From contig CM060731.1 of the NCBI GenBank assembly GCA_030704615.1, forward strand, positions 51,274,001-51,338,000: a stretch of 64,000 bases of DNA. Reading direction: 5' to 3'. Every line of letters begins with the position of its first letter. Position 1 is the first letter of the stretch. The stretch is from Takakia lepidozioides. Taxonomy: Eukaryota > Plantae > Bryophyta. The position numbers and the translations under genes are program-made. The notes under the pieces are model-generated. The model was not told the DNA's origin. It saw nothing but the letters and a program-made list of their open reading frames with translations, and did no database searches. Positions 39,121-51,039 of this stretch are shown here, piece by piece.

Positions 39121-39535
39121 AAAATGGCAGCAGAAAAGAGATCTCGCAAAGAAAATTGTTTCATCTCTTTCCAACAGACTGTACATGCTGAAACAGGACT
39201 CTAACGAGCTTCATTCCAAGATACACATTCCAATCATTTCACCAGAATTTGGCCAAACATCACTTGAATGCTCAAATAATCCACGCAATCATGTTTGCTT
39301 GAACAGCTTGTATACCGGCCAAAGACTGCTCATAAATGAAAAACGAACCTAAGAGATAGCAGAGGCAATGGCCAATTCTGCTAAAGGTAAACCACACCAG
39401 AATTTCACTGCAATCCATGTGAATGTCCAGCTGAGATATAAGATCTGCCAAAAATGGCAGCAGAATAGAGATCTCGCAAAGAAAATTGTTTCATCTCTTT
39501 CCAACAGACTGTACATGCTGAAACAGGACTCTAAC
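39121..39535 (+). repeat. 85-bp direct repeat, two copies 330 bp apart
   Basis: AAAATGGCAGCAGAA(A/T)AGAGATCTCGC...AACAGGACTCTAAC at 39121 and 39451. Confidence 0.9.
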
Positions 39536-39641
39536 TCTCACTACCACCACCCAGAAAAGAGGCCCCTCACCATCAGTAACCCCAAGCTTAAACCCCCAGG
39601 CGTGAATGCTCGATTCGGCATGTAGTAATCTGCTAATAACC

Positions 39642-41094
39642 TCAGGTCCTTGCAAGCAATCGCACCATTTTGGGTGGCAAAACAGATTGGACCAGCATGT
39701 TCTTCTCATTCCTTGCATTCACCTGCGTGTCCAAAATAAGGCAAAGGATTTAGGGTTCTTGCTATCGACCATATGACCAAAACAGTGAAGATAGTATTGA
39801 ATAGGGGAAGTTCCTAACCTTAACTGGCGTATTCTCAGCTTCAATGACCCACATTTCCAAGTTTGCATCCGGATCAGATCCCAACTGTATCAAAATCTCC
39901 TGCCGAAGGTCTGCCAAAGACCATGATGATCCAACATCCAAGTCCAGTCTCCATTCTCCAACCTCACAGTGGATACTTACCATGCCAACAGGTTCAAATT
40001 TGTCAATCGCCTCCCAAACTAACTCTGAAACCATTCTCTGCCGATTGTATTGAAAATTTGCATATAATGTGGACCGTCCTATATGGTATCTGAATACAAG
40101 TGAAGGTCGATGGACGGTGCATTTGACAACATCTGCTCCTATCACTATTTTGGTGTCCCATCCCCCATCCATGAGTGTCTCACACAGTTTGTCAGTAATT
40201 CGTTTGAAAACAAACATCGTAGACGTCATGTGCATGTCTACGGCGGCTGCAAATAGATCAATAAAGACACCAATTGGCATGAACCACGAGATATGGGTCT
40301 GTTTGCTGCCTGTGTTAGGTTTCATGACGCTTTGAAAATCATGACGCTTTGAAAATCCAGCTGCAGTCTAGCTCGAAAGGCTTCGGTTGTTGACTGGTCC
40401 GGCAATGGCCACTCGTGATCATCGAAGCCTGGAAGTGGAATTGGCACCAATCGCCCAAAACCTATGTTCGAGGATCAGGGTATGTAGGACGCATTGTAAA
40501 AAAATATTCCATTATCCAAGAGTTCTTTATGTGGACGATTGCCTCGGGTAAGCTCTCCAATCTCTGAGTGCGTTACTGGAATCACCCCCATTATGCATTT
40601 CGGGTCTACCCAATCCTCAAAGTTGGAAGGAAACAAATCTGTCACAACCAACCATATCTTTAGTATGAACAATTGGACCAGCATCAAAGAGAGGCTTTTA
40701 GATTCATAGTCAGAGTTGTAAACCTACAATTGCAAGCACCCGCGGCAGGTAGGTCGTTCGGATCTAGATCCAATTGCCGCCACATGTATGCATGTTGCAC
40801 CCGCACTGCAGACACAACTGTAGCTCCGGCATTCACTCGAAACTTCAACACCTTTGCTTTGTAACAACCATCCATGCTACTACTGCCCCCATGCTTCACT
40901 GCATCTCTTGCATGACTTCCATTTCTACCGGCCATGAGTGTAACCCAAGAGTTAACCTCAATTTTTGTAGGTATCCACCTTCCACTACTGTCGAGTGAAT
41001 TGAACAAAAGAACCCCCTCAACTGAAGATCGAGGCCTCATTGAGATTGGGCTGAAGCGAAGGCTTTGTTGGCGCCAAGGCTTCTGAGCGCTCAA
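39642..41094 (-). pseudogene. Spliced ~415-aa gene: BAH-like domain, unknown middle domain, ubiquitin-like C-terminus
   Basis: Exons ~41094-40728, 40638-39819 and 39722-39642 (GT-AG, in phase). One TGA (40477) and a 17-bp tandem duplication (40322-40355); correcting both restores a single frame. YKAKVLKF..AVRVQHAY..NYLFPSNFEDWVDPKCIMGVIPV..FFYNASY. LDLDVGSSWSLADLRQEI..EMWV. Confidence 0.6.
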
Positions 41095-42244
41095 GCCAGT
41101 AGCAAATTACAAAAGGCAATGTTCTTATGGATATTGCGGGCTCCAAACGTTCATAATGCAACTCCTTCGTTGAAACCATCGTCTATCACCGACTTCATTT
41201 CCTTCAGGTATGCTCTGCAAAAAGCCAAGTTGGTGGAAAAAGCTTGGCTGGGTTAAAAAAAAACATGGTAGTGCTAAAACCGTTACGAATTGAAAAGAAA
41301 TCTCAAAACAATATTTGAAACAATTTGGAAAGCCTGCCATTGGAACTCAGAAGAGCACAAAAAATTGTCACCGTTCCAATCTCCCTAAAAATTGGTTACT
41401 GCTCTTACAAACACTAAGCTGCCTGATCTGCCAGCTGCCTTTTGGGCTGCACCACACCCACAATTGTAAGGTGGACCAGCTCATGGTAAGGCATGCAAAA
41501 GAGCAGTGCATCATCAATAACTATGATACAAAGAGTACTTATTGCAAACAGGAACAAATAGACAGTGACTAATCACTCCCTTGGGCATTTAGCAACATTT
41601 GTGAGTTAACAGATTGACTTATTAACTTCATTACATGTATGACAGAGAGAGCAGAAAAAGTATATTTTGTGTACAAGACAGCCTGCACAGCCTAAGGACC
41701 ACATGACGATTCTATTTGAGATTTCTGAAACTAAGGTAAGACTGAAACCCTGATGGACTTGTTAAGTGGCCCTCAGATTGAGTGCACCATGGAGATAAGC
41801 GGCTAAGCACTTGTGGTCTTCATAGCTTGAGGCCTCTGAAGAGAATAGTACTCATGAGAAGTTGTTTGCTAAAAGGCTCCTGAAGCGGGAGCTCTTTCGG
41901 GTTTCACTGCTATCTTCAGTAGGTTGGCTTGCCCAAAAAAACAAAAGAAAATTACTCGCATGCACCTGAAGAGAGAAAGAAACAGATTACATCCACCTCC
42001 TATGGGACACATTAGGACTGCAAGAGAACACCAAACGGGAAAGAACAAAATTCACTTTACAACGTCCACAGACTTAACTGAATGCGTACAAAAAGCAAGA
42101 GCGAGGTAGAAAATACCAAGTCTTTAAAGAGCAGGAAAACGATGATGAAGAAGAGAACAAGGAGAATCTCAAACTCGGCCACCCGCACCAGCTTGAAAAC
42201 ATAGTCCACAGCCCTGGTAAGCAGCGATCCTTTCGATACTCACC

Positions 42245-43190
42245 TCCATAAACTGTAGCACGAAAGTCGTATATGTTCAAGAAGGGGCAGACAGGCAAGA
42301 GGCGAAGATATTCACTGTTCAACCTCTTTTCCATGTACTTGAAAAGCAAACTTCAAGTGAATGTCGTGGACTTGTGGACTCTCGAAGGTGACCGAAGCAA
42401 CATTGCAAATACACGAAAACATTTGCACGTTCCTAATAAGAAAACAGGTACACATTGGAGCGCCTCTACCTTGAAGAATAAAGAAGATGAAACATTCATA
42501 AGCCACAAAACTCGACAAAACTAATGACTAGTGAAATTCCAGTTTGATTATGCTGACTGGTGCAGGTCGACACAAGCGCTGCGACGGCTAAGCATCTGTT
42601 TCGACAACCCAGTGTTTCCAACCTTTGAGTAAAGGCACCTGGAAGAAGCCCCCGGCTCTGGAACAAGTTCCCTGCATTAATGAAGAATATCCATGCTTAA
42701 GACGCCTTCAATGTAAACTGTTCTCGTTCTGCTGCTCAATTTCTCTACGATTCATGAAGCCCTGAAATCTCATTCAAATCTTTTACACCAGGGCTGTTCC
42801 TCATAATCGATTCCCTGTAGATGCTAAACTCCTGGGTACAATTGTACCTCTTTAAGTTCTGACAGCGTTTCAATGCAAAAATCGTAAATGCTCTCTCTGA
42901 TCAGGTTTTTAGGAGCGTACAAAAGAACGTGGGTTGCGTTTCTCTGGATGGGCTCCTCAGTTGCGTATTCTGTCCCAATGCAGCCACCGGTGCTTTCTTG
43001 ACCCAAACTCCCAGCTCCAGAACGGCCTGCTCCATTCTTACTATCGACCGTACCCCCACCATCGCGTTGTCGGTCGAGCGCGCCTCACCGCCATAGCCCG
43101 TTCCAACCCAACGCTCAAGCCATCGTTGGCGGGAAGGCATCCTCAGGCCGCGTGCCGTCCTCGATCGTCATTGGCTGGACCCTGGTAGCG
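42245..43190 (-). pseudogene. Captured 5' fragment of an unidentified spliced gene, adjacent to the right TIR
   Basis: GC-rich first-exon-like start. Coding-like GQESTGGCIGTEY..HVLLYAP..CIETL and LLFKYMEKRLNSEYLRLLPVCPFLNIYDF, with stops and GT-AG boundaries. Family not recognised. Confidence 0.4.
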
Positions 43191-43853
43191 AAGGTAGTAG
43201 TGGGTGACGTGGATGACGTTCGTCCACCTCAGTTTGGTATTTTTTTTTTCATCCGGTCAGCCCTACCTTTTTCAAAGGCATATCAAAATAATCAAGGCCC
43301 TATATAGGCCCCATTCTTCTCCTAATGGCTGCCCTCTTACGGAGCAGTCGACAATTAGTATACACATACACCAATTTGTCAGCCCTCGCGGGATTCAACC
43401 TGTTGCGAATATTGTTGTGAACAAATGAGTAACTGCTCCAATAGCGTTCGCAAGATGAGGCAGAGCACACTTGGGCAAGAATACGCTTCGCAATGGGAAC
43501 CAATGTTCTTGCTCCAGCTCCAATCAAATCCCACCATTCATGTGGCAACATATTGAGCTCTTTTGGATCCGGCATGTCCTCAAAAGGGTTGTGGCGATCT
43601 GAGAAGCATTGGTACACGGATATAGCTCTCTCTGCCATGTTCGGTGGAATCAGTCGTATGAACACTGTATGTGCACAATTTAACGCGCAAATATTTTTTG
43701 AGTATTTTTGAGGCAAGGAGAACCGATTTGTACACAGATAGCGAAAGAACACTACCATTTGTATTAGAAACGCGAAACATCAAAATGGTTATTGGTATGG
43801 CCCACAAATGGAAGAGGTCTGCGACGTCCATGAAGCCAAAACGCTCAGGAGTT

Positions 43854-45779
43854 TATTTGACTAGGGTACCTGTAGGGAGCAGCAGGGCATGCGATTCCAA
43901 TCGACCGTTTGAACATCGAGGAATCGAATAAAACGACTACAGGCAATGGTCTGTTATCTGTTCCTCACCTCAACATCCGATTGCTATTCAATCATAGGCA
44001 AGTTAGGAAAGCTTGACCTCCATGATAAACTACCCACTGGGTTATTCTTTCAACGACATGGTTGACAACAGTCTCGCAATTCCAGATAGAAATTTTCACG
44101 TTGCTTCAATGCAGTTCATGAGGACGTTGGAGGCGAGGGTCCTTCTCCCATGAACGTATAATGTTTATTTCTTTTACCTTGAGGCTTTTGTGATCCATAG
44201 ATATGATGGCATGAATGACATTAGGCTTAGGGAGTGATTAATGAGGCTAGATGGCCATTTATTAACCCCCCACCCATGGAATAGCCATGCAATGGCTAAA
44301 CGGATGGGGCCAAGTTCCTAAGTATGTGCTAAAAGACGACCCATCCAGGCGTTGACCTGCTGTAGCAGCACGCGGCTGCTGCGTCTGCATGGCTTTTTTC
44401 ATTTAAATTGGGGTCTTAACCTTGAGGTCCCAACCCAACTATGGACCGCTAGATAAAGGCTCGTTGACCCTTGACTAGCTCAGTTTCCAGCCAACCGCGT
44501 GGCGGCAGCACGGGCGCCGTCAGGTCGAAGGACCGCTGGGTAAGAGGTATCATTCTTTATTTGCTAGTGACCAGCAGACGCTGGTTAAGAGGGGTGGCAA
44601 GATCAAATCTTTTTGGGAGAACTAATATACCTTTTGATGGTTAGGTATGTTGAAGGATTAGACCACTTTGGTGGCTAGGGGGGAATTTTGAAGGGGCTCT
44701 GGAGGGTTTGGAGGCCGTAGTCCGGAGCCATAAAATGAACCCATAGGCCAAAACGGCATCGCGGGGTAACACGAGATAGAGAAAGAGGGAGGAAAGTCCA
44801 TAGAAATCGAACCAAGGCTTTTGGGCTTTCAAACGAGAGAGATGACCGGATCTTTGACACATGGCCTTGGTTAGCGGATTGGTTGGATGGATGATGGTGG
44901 ATGAAATAAGCAGTTTTTCATCCATGGGATGGATGTAGGATGGATGAAGATAGGATGATAAATGCAGTTTTTTATCCATTGCAGGGATGAACATTGGATG
45001 AAAGAAAACAATTTTTCATCCGCTGTTTGAAAAGCCAGTTTAGCACTAGGGGGGTTTGAACCTAGAACCTAGAGGCTAGGAGCTATGTATTAAGGGCTTA
45101 GGGGGTTGTTTGGACCTAGTTGGGCCAATTCCCTATGATTCCCACACCTTGATAATGGTTTTTGGGCAATGAGAAGGGGTTCGAGAATTATCTAGAGGCC
45201 AAGCCATGGGTCATTGGAAAGCTTAGATGAATTCCTACCTAATGCCTATTTTTCTAGAATTAGTGAATTTCCAGATTTAATAATTGATTTAAAAGGGGTT
45301 TACTGCTTAGCAAATTATCAGAAAATAGGGATAGAGGTAATTAAGTCTAGGGTTTTTATCTCTATTTCCTAAGTCCAAGAGCTTGCCTATGATAGTATTT
45401 TTCTTATCTTCTCTATTGAATTCTATTACTAGAAAATAGTCGAGGGCTCTAGAAATTAGCAAGAAGTGGGATATTGTCCAGGTTAAGAGCTTTTATTTTA
45501 GGCTAGGGTGTGCTCTCCCCTTCGGATAATGAGAATGTAGGCATCCCCTTTGCACACACGTGCGATCCGGGGAAGCATGATTGTGAAGCGACCCAGACCT
45601 AAGCAGTTTGTCCTTAACGCTTTGTCAGTCCTCTCGAAACCGTCAGGCGGAGAGAACCTGTCGGGAACACTAATAGCTTCGGGATGAAGTTGTGTTAACG
45701 CTAATAAAGAAGTCTTGGAAGGCAATTAGCTAGGAGTAGATTCCGTAGGAGACACGAAGGAATTTTGTCCTGCGAGCGT
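43854..45779. mobile_element. 1.9-kb non-coding insertion (solo-LTR-like or non-autonomous element) in the hAT gene
   Basis: Flanked by AGGAGTT (43847-43853 and 45780-45786); the hAT frame rejoins across it. Internal GGATG-rich repeats at 44880-45020. Termini are not canonical TG..CA. Confidence 0.65.
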
Positions 45780-47869
45780 AGGAGTTGGACCTGCATTTGT
45801 TGGTGGTTTATGATAGCGGGAGGCATTTATCTCCATCGACCGCTGATCCTCCGCCAAACTTAGCGACACACTTCACAAGTGGGGCGGCTCTTAAGCTCAA
45901 CCCACCTCGTCGCCGGACTTCAGGCCCCGGATCGACGTTAGCCTTCGTTTTCCCCACGGATGTTGCGCGCGCGGCGAGGCTCGGCAAGAACTCGCACGAG
46001 GCTGGCCTTGGCATCAGCGTCGTCTCGGAGCATGATATTGTCGAGCAAGAATGGATTGAGCAAAGCCCCCGCATAATGCGAGTTCGTTCAAACCATCGAA
46101 TGACGGTTGTAAAATGCATCCGAAGCACTGTCCGCAAGTTCAGGTTCCAAAGAGAAGGGATAATGCTTCAGGGATTGGACGTGTTTATCAAGATTTTGCA
46201 TTAGTAATCATGCCTTGCCCATTACTGGTTGCTTTCCATCAAACTCCCGCAAGACGATTAACACCGGCTCTACCATGTAAACAAAATTTTCACATTTCTT
46301 CCAAAAATCATCGTTGTGAATGTTGTTCCGAACTTTTCGACTTTTGCCCAATGTTTTGGCTTTTCTGAAGTCCCGCAATGTCCGTATGTACGCATCTCAT
46401 TGAGGATCAATGATGATGTGCTCCAGACTACTATTATATATTGTCAAAGCGATGTGATGTGTGCGGATGAACGACACAACGGTCTTCGCTCGCTTGACAA
46501 GTTGTTTCACCCACTGTTCTCTTCCCCAATCTTCCAAAAAGAGGTCAATGATTTGAGCAACACAACCTTAATAGTATATATGGGGATAACGTGCCAACAA
46601 CATGTCTGCAGTGTTTATCATGTTAGCGGCATTGTCTGTGCATATTTGGACGACTTGTATCACTTCCGACCTATTAATCATTCAATATTTGACATTGATA
46701 ACGTCCATTTTTTTTCTCGCCGCTAGTGTCGACCGATTCCAAGAATTGTTCCACAGCTGAACATGAGAACATGACATTGAACAATGGTCTGTTTGTAACA
46801 AAACTCCAACCATCGACACATATAGTGCTTCCATATATTCTGATGCACTCGTCCGTCCTATCGTTGACCTTTTGGGTAAGCTCGGTCATGACGTCTTCTA
46901 GCAATCATGTGCGGAGATTGTCATAAATCGGAGACACGTATGTGGATCTGGACTCCGAGGTTGCTCTAACGGCAGAAAGAAATGTCGGAAGCCTTGCCAC
47001 ATTAAATGGTATGTTGGCATTGAAGAAAAACTTCGCCCATTTTTTATCCAACTATCTGTTCGTAGATAAGTTAAGACCTTCCTGCATGGATTGCTGCCGT
47101 AATCTTCTACTCCGTTAAAGTGTAGGGATACAAAGAGGTGTTGCTCTAGCACAACCCACTTGTCCAAGGACACCTGATGCCTCACAAGAGTCGCATTGGG
47201 TACTAATCAGGGCATCCTGACGGGAAGATGGAGTGTTCAGCTCAGAGGTCATGTCGAGATCCAGAGACATTGGAATATTGCCTCCACACTGGGCAAAGTG
47301 GCTTTTTACCCATATAAATGCTTTAGGACATAAACCCACCCCGGCGCTCTTCACATCTCTCTAGCCGAGGTGAGCGAGCAACCGATCCGTACGATAAGAA
47401 AGTTTTAATCCACATAGATTACACTCAACACTACCAGTGGCACTGACAGTATTCAGGATTACCGTATACCAAGGGCTCCATTCCTTCCTCATCTTCACCC
47501 AATATCCACTCCCCTGGGCCCTAGCGATGTAAGCAACAAAAAACAGTCACACATAAATGAACGTGTTATGAATTTAGAGTGCAATGCGATAGCCCAACAC
47601 TTCTACACCTGTCACCAACCCAAGTGGGTCGATATGGGTTGTAGTGTTGAGCTTATACACAATATGTTAAAGTGGCTTTGATGGAAGCCACAACGGCAAA
47701 ATGTGCGCACCATCCTCTTTGGCTACACTCTCGTTCAATGGAAAAGAACATTCAAAGCAACCTCAAGTGTTTGCGCCAAAAGAAGTGAGGAGTTTGATGA
47801 CCCTGCTCCCTTATATATATGATCCAAGAAGGATGAAAGTGAAATGAATAAATGACGAACATATAGCGC

Positions 47870-48910
47870 TCACCCGAAAAAGGCGGTACAACCATATTTG
47901 TTATAATTTTGAGATTAAACGTTAATACTGCGGTTGCTATTTTATTTTTTATGAAAAACAAACGACCCGCCACTATTGCGGTCGCTTTTATTTCCTTTCA
48001 TTTTGTGCAATATTGCGGTCACTTCTATTTTGTATATTTTTAAATTTAAACGACTGCCCGTATGGCGGTCGCTACTGTTTTTTATTTCAAAATATAATGC
48101 GACCGCCGGTAAGGAGGTCGCTTCATTTGTTTATATATTTAAAATAAAGCGACGGCCAATATGGTGGTCGCTTTTATTCTTAATATTTAAAAAAACGCGA
48201 CCGCCAGTAAGGCGTCGCTTTTAATCTTTATATTTTCAAGTTTAACCGACCACCAGGTTGGCGGTCGCTTTTATTATATATATTATTAAATTTAAGCGAC
48301 CGCCAGTTTGGCGATCGAAAATATTGTTTTATTTTAAAATAAGCGACAACCGGTGTGGCGGTCGCTTTTATTTTCATATGTGCTTGTTTTTTTTTTATAT
48401 ACTTTTAAATTTACTGACCGCCATATGGCGGTCGCTTATTTTTCTATATATTTTTGAAATTAAGCGACCGCCAAATGGCGGTTGCTTGTTTTTTTTATAT
48501 ATGTTTTGGAAATTATTCGACCGCCATATGGCGGTCGCTTGTTCTGTATATATTTGCAAAATTGTGTGACTGCCAATACGGCAGTCGCTTGTTTTCTTTT
48601 TTAAATTAGGCAACCGCCAATGCGACCACCAATCTTGCTTTTGTTTAAAAAAAACTGAAGCGATCGCCAATATGCCGGTCTTTTTTTTCTTTTTTTTTGT
48701 TTCGAAAAATAAAGCGACCGCCAGTGCGACCACCAATCTTGTTTTTATTAAAAAATAAATTGAAGCAACCGCCAATATGACGGTCGTTATTTCTTTTTTA
48801 ATTTCGAAAAACAAAGCGACCACCATAATTGGCGGTCGCGTTCATTTTAATAATTTTCGAATTGTTTTTGCCACCGCCACCGTGTCGACGTGGCTGCTTA
48901 AATAGCAGTA
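47870..48910. repeat. hAT 5' subterminal array of GCGACCGCCA/TGGCGGTCGC motifs in AT-rich spacers
   Basis: Many paired inverted copies directly upstream of the hAT ORF. A related CAACCGCCA occurs at ~32496, beyond the hAT 3' end. Confidence 0.85.
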
Positions 48911-49024
48911 TTTTACCTGGTACTATTTTTACCAGAATATTCCCCGATCCTGACGTGATGGAGGTCCCGTCAGCGTCAGGTTTGACGTGACCTGACGCTG
49001 ACGGATGGACATGACACTAATAAC

Positions 49025-50413
49025 CGGGAACCATCCGGTCCATTGTTGTTTTGGCAGCACACTCAGGATGGGTAATTTTTCATCTTGATATCGATACGGC
49101 GTTCTTGAATGGAGAACTCAAGGAGGAAATCTTCATAAAACAACCGGAGGGATTTCAAGAGCCTGGGAATGAAACTAAGGTGTGTAAGCTGCTTAAAGCT
49201 CTCTATAGCTTAAAACAAGCTCCCAGGGACTGATATGCCAAGATAGACGCATTCCTTAAGTCACAGGCTCTCGACAGGTTTCATGCAGATTTTAACCTCT
49301 ATTTTCTCAAGGAAAATGGGCTGATAGTGTTATTAATCCTCTATGTCGACAATCTACTTCTAACAGGCAGCCATACAACGAAGATAACCTGGCTACGGGA
49401 CCAACTCAAGCTTCAGTATGACATGACTGATCTTGGCTTGATTCAACTTTACCTTGCAACCGAGTTCATTCATCTCGATGAAGGCATCATGATCACTCAG
49501 AGGGGGCATGTCAGACAAATGCTTGAGAAATTTGGTTTCTCAAACTGCAATCCTCACTCTGTGCCTATGATTGAAAATTTAAAGTTAACGTTGGACATGG
49601 GCACACCTCCCTCTAATGCGACTGAGTATCGAAGGAAAGTGGGCAAGTTGGTTTATCTCATGACACTAGACCTGATTTGGTGTTCCCTGTGGGAGTGGTG
49701 AGTCGGTACTTGGAAATCCCACAGGCCTCTCACATGGATGCGGTGGATCATATCATGAGATATGTAGCAGGCACAGTGGACTATGGGATACTCTACTGAA
49801 AAGGAGAAAGCACTGTACTGAATGGACATACTGATGCAGATTGGGCAGGGGAAAGTGATAACAGACATTCAACCTCCGGTTATGTTTTCAGAATGGGGGA
49901 AAGTGTTGTGACTTGGAGTTTGAAGAAGCAGCAGCCAACTGTGGCACTTTCTTCGACCGGGGCTGAATATCGCGCATTAACATAATGAGCTAAAGAAACT
50001 GCTTGGCTTCGACGTCTTTATGGTGAGTTGGGAATTCTTGATAAAGGACCAACTTTGATTAAGTGTGATAATCAAAGCAGTGCCAAGATTGTAAGGAATC
50101 ATGTGTTTCATGCGCGCACAAAGCACATTGAGGTGCACTATCACTATATTCGTGAGAAGGTAGAGAGTGGAGAGGTTGATCTAGTTCATGTGTCAACTCA
50201 AGATCAGATTGCAGACTTGATGACAAAGCCACTTGGAAGGATAAAGTTTGAAAATTTTAGATCAGCTTTGGGAGTGTGCAGCCTTGCAGATGTCAAGAAG
50301 AAGACAAAAATAGAGTAGGTGAATTCATTCTTGAGTCCGGTCTAGCAACCCAGGTTGCTTCGGCATTCCTTCATGCATATCCTCTTGCTGGCTTTTTGAG
50401 AACTGAGAGGGGG
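49025..50413 (+). mobile_element. Ty1/copia RT-RNase H pseudogene with polypurine tract
   Basis: [88 protein letters not shown] at 50405-50413. Confidence 0.93.
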
Positions 50414-50682
50414 TGTTGATTTACCTTTACCATGGCAGCTCTCAGCCTAGCCATCAGGTATTAAACACCGTTAGAAGTAGGTGAATTACGTAACTAATTT
50501 AGGCTGTTGGTTGGTAGATTCCTATTTTCATGGCTTTCACCACCGCCTCTTGGTGAGGGTTTGTAGGAGGTTTGATAATTAGGCGTTGACTTTTAGCTTG
50601 ATAAATAGTGCACACTCAGGTATGTTTTATATTCCGGTTTTATGGTCCTGCGAAGTAAAGCATTGGCTCAGTATGTTTAACA
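50414..50682 (+). repeat. Copia 3' LTR (269 bp)
   Basis: TGTT..AACA termini immediately after the PPT. Confidence 0.7.
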
Positions 50683-51039
50683 GTACCAATTGTTGCCTAA
50701 TCCGAAGTGAATCCTTCATGATCAATCCTAAGCGCTGGCTCCCTACAAACTGTCGTACGATCCCACTGTTTGTGTTTGGCACCTTGACCTAGCATTGTCA
50801 AATATCTAGTTTAAACACAACAACCTTACAACGATTGGATTGGAGCAGCATCCAAACTCGGGTTTTCTCAACTCTCACACAGCAGGGTTAATGGCAATGA
50901 TCCTTCATGGATTGATTGCAAACTGAGTAGGTGGAAACATGCCTCCCTCTACAGCAGATTTGCATGGAAGAAGTTCCCCTCTACAGCATGTGCTAGGAAA
51001 TTTGGAGTACTCACTCCAAAAAAATGATGATCTTGAGTC

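Larger units (their letters stand above)
35754..41641. mobile_element. Putative RAG1/Transib-related two-gene DNA transposon
   Basis: Begins CACACA and ends TGTATG. Direct repeat TGACAGAG at 35746-35753 and 41640-41647. Encloses two convergent genes. No long TIR seen. Confidence 0.55.
33835..43328. mobile_element. 9.5-kb Pack-type TIR DNA transposon carrying captured gene fragments
   Basis: 34-bp TIRs with 30/34 identity: CCATTAGGGAAAGAATGGGGCCTCCATAGGGCCT (33835-33868) and the reverse complement of 43295-43328. Inserted within hAT coding sequence. TSD unresolved (about 1 bp). Confidence 0.85.
32760..47520 (-). pseudogene. hAT transposase (BED finger, DUF659, dimerisation domain, acidic tail) interrupted by insertions at 43854-45779 and 33835-43328
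   Basis: BED W..VECNLC..DRLLAHLG..C (47480-47330). STICVDGWS..RPLFNVM..FLESVDTSG. EWWDLIG..IAKRILAQVCSASSCERYWS..RNRL..LVYVYTN. Reading rejoins across both insertions (GPTP|ERFGFMD and LRKRA|DDAAAWYERN). Confidence 0.9.

Noticed and set aside
47870-48910. CRISPR-like array of palindromic repeats with spacers
   Set aside because: Repeats are degenerate, spacers are low-complexity A/T of irregular length, there are no cas genes and the context is eukaryotic. Explained as hAT subterminal repeats.
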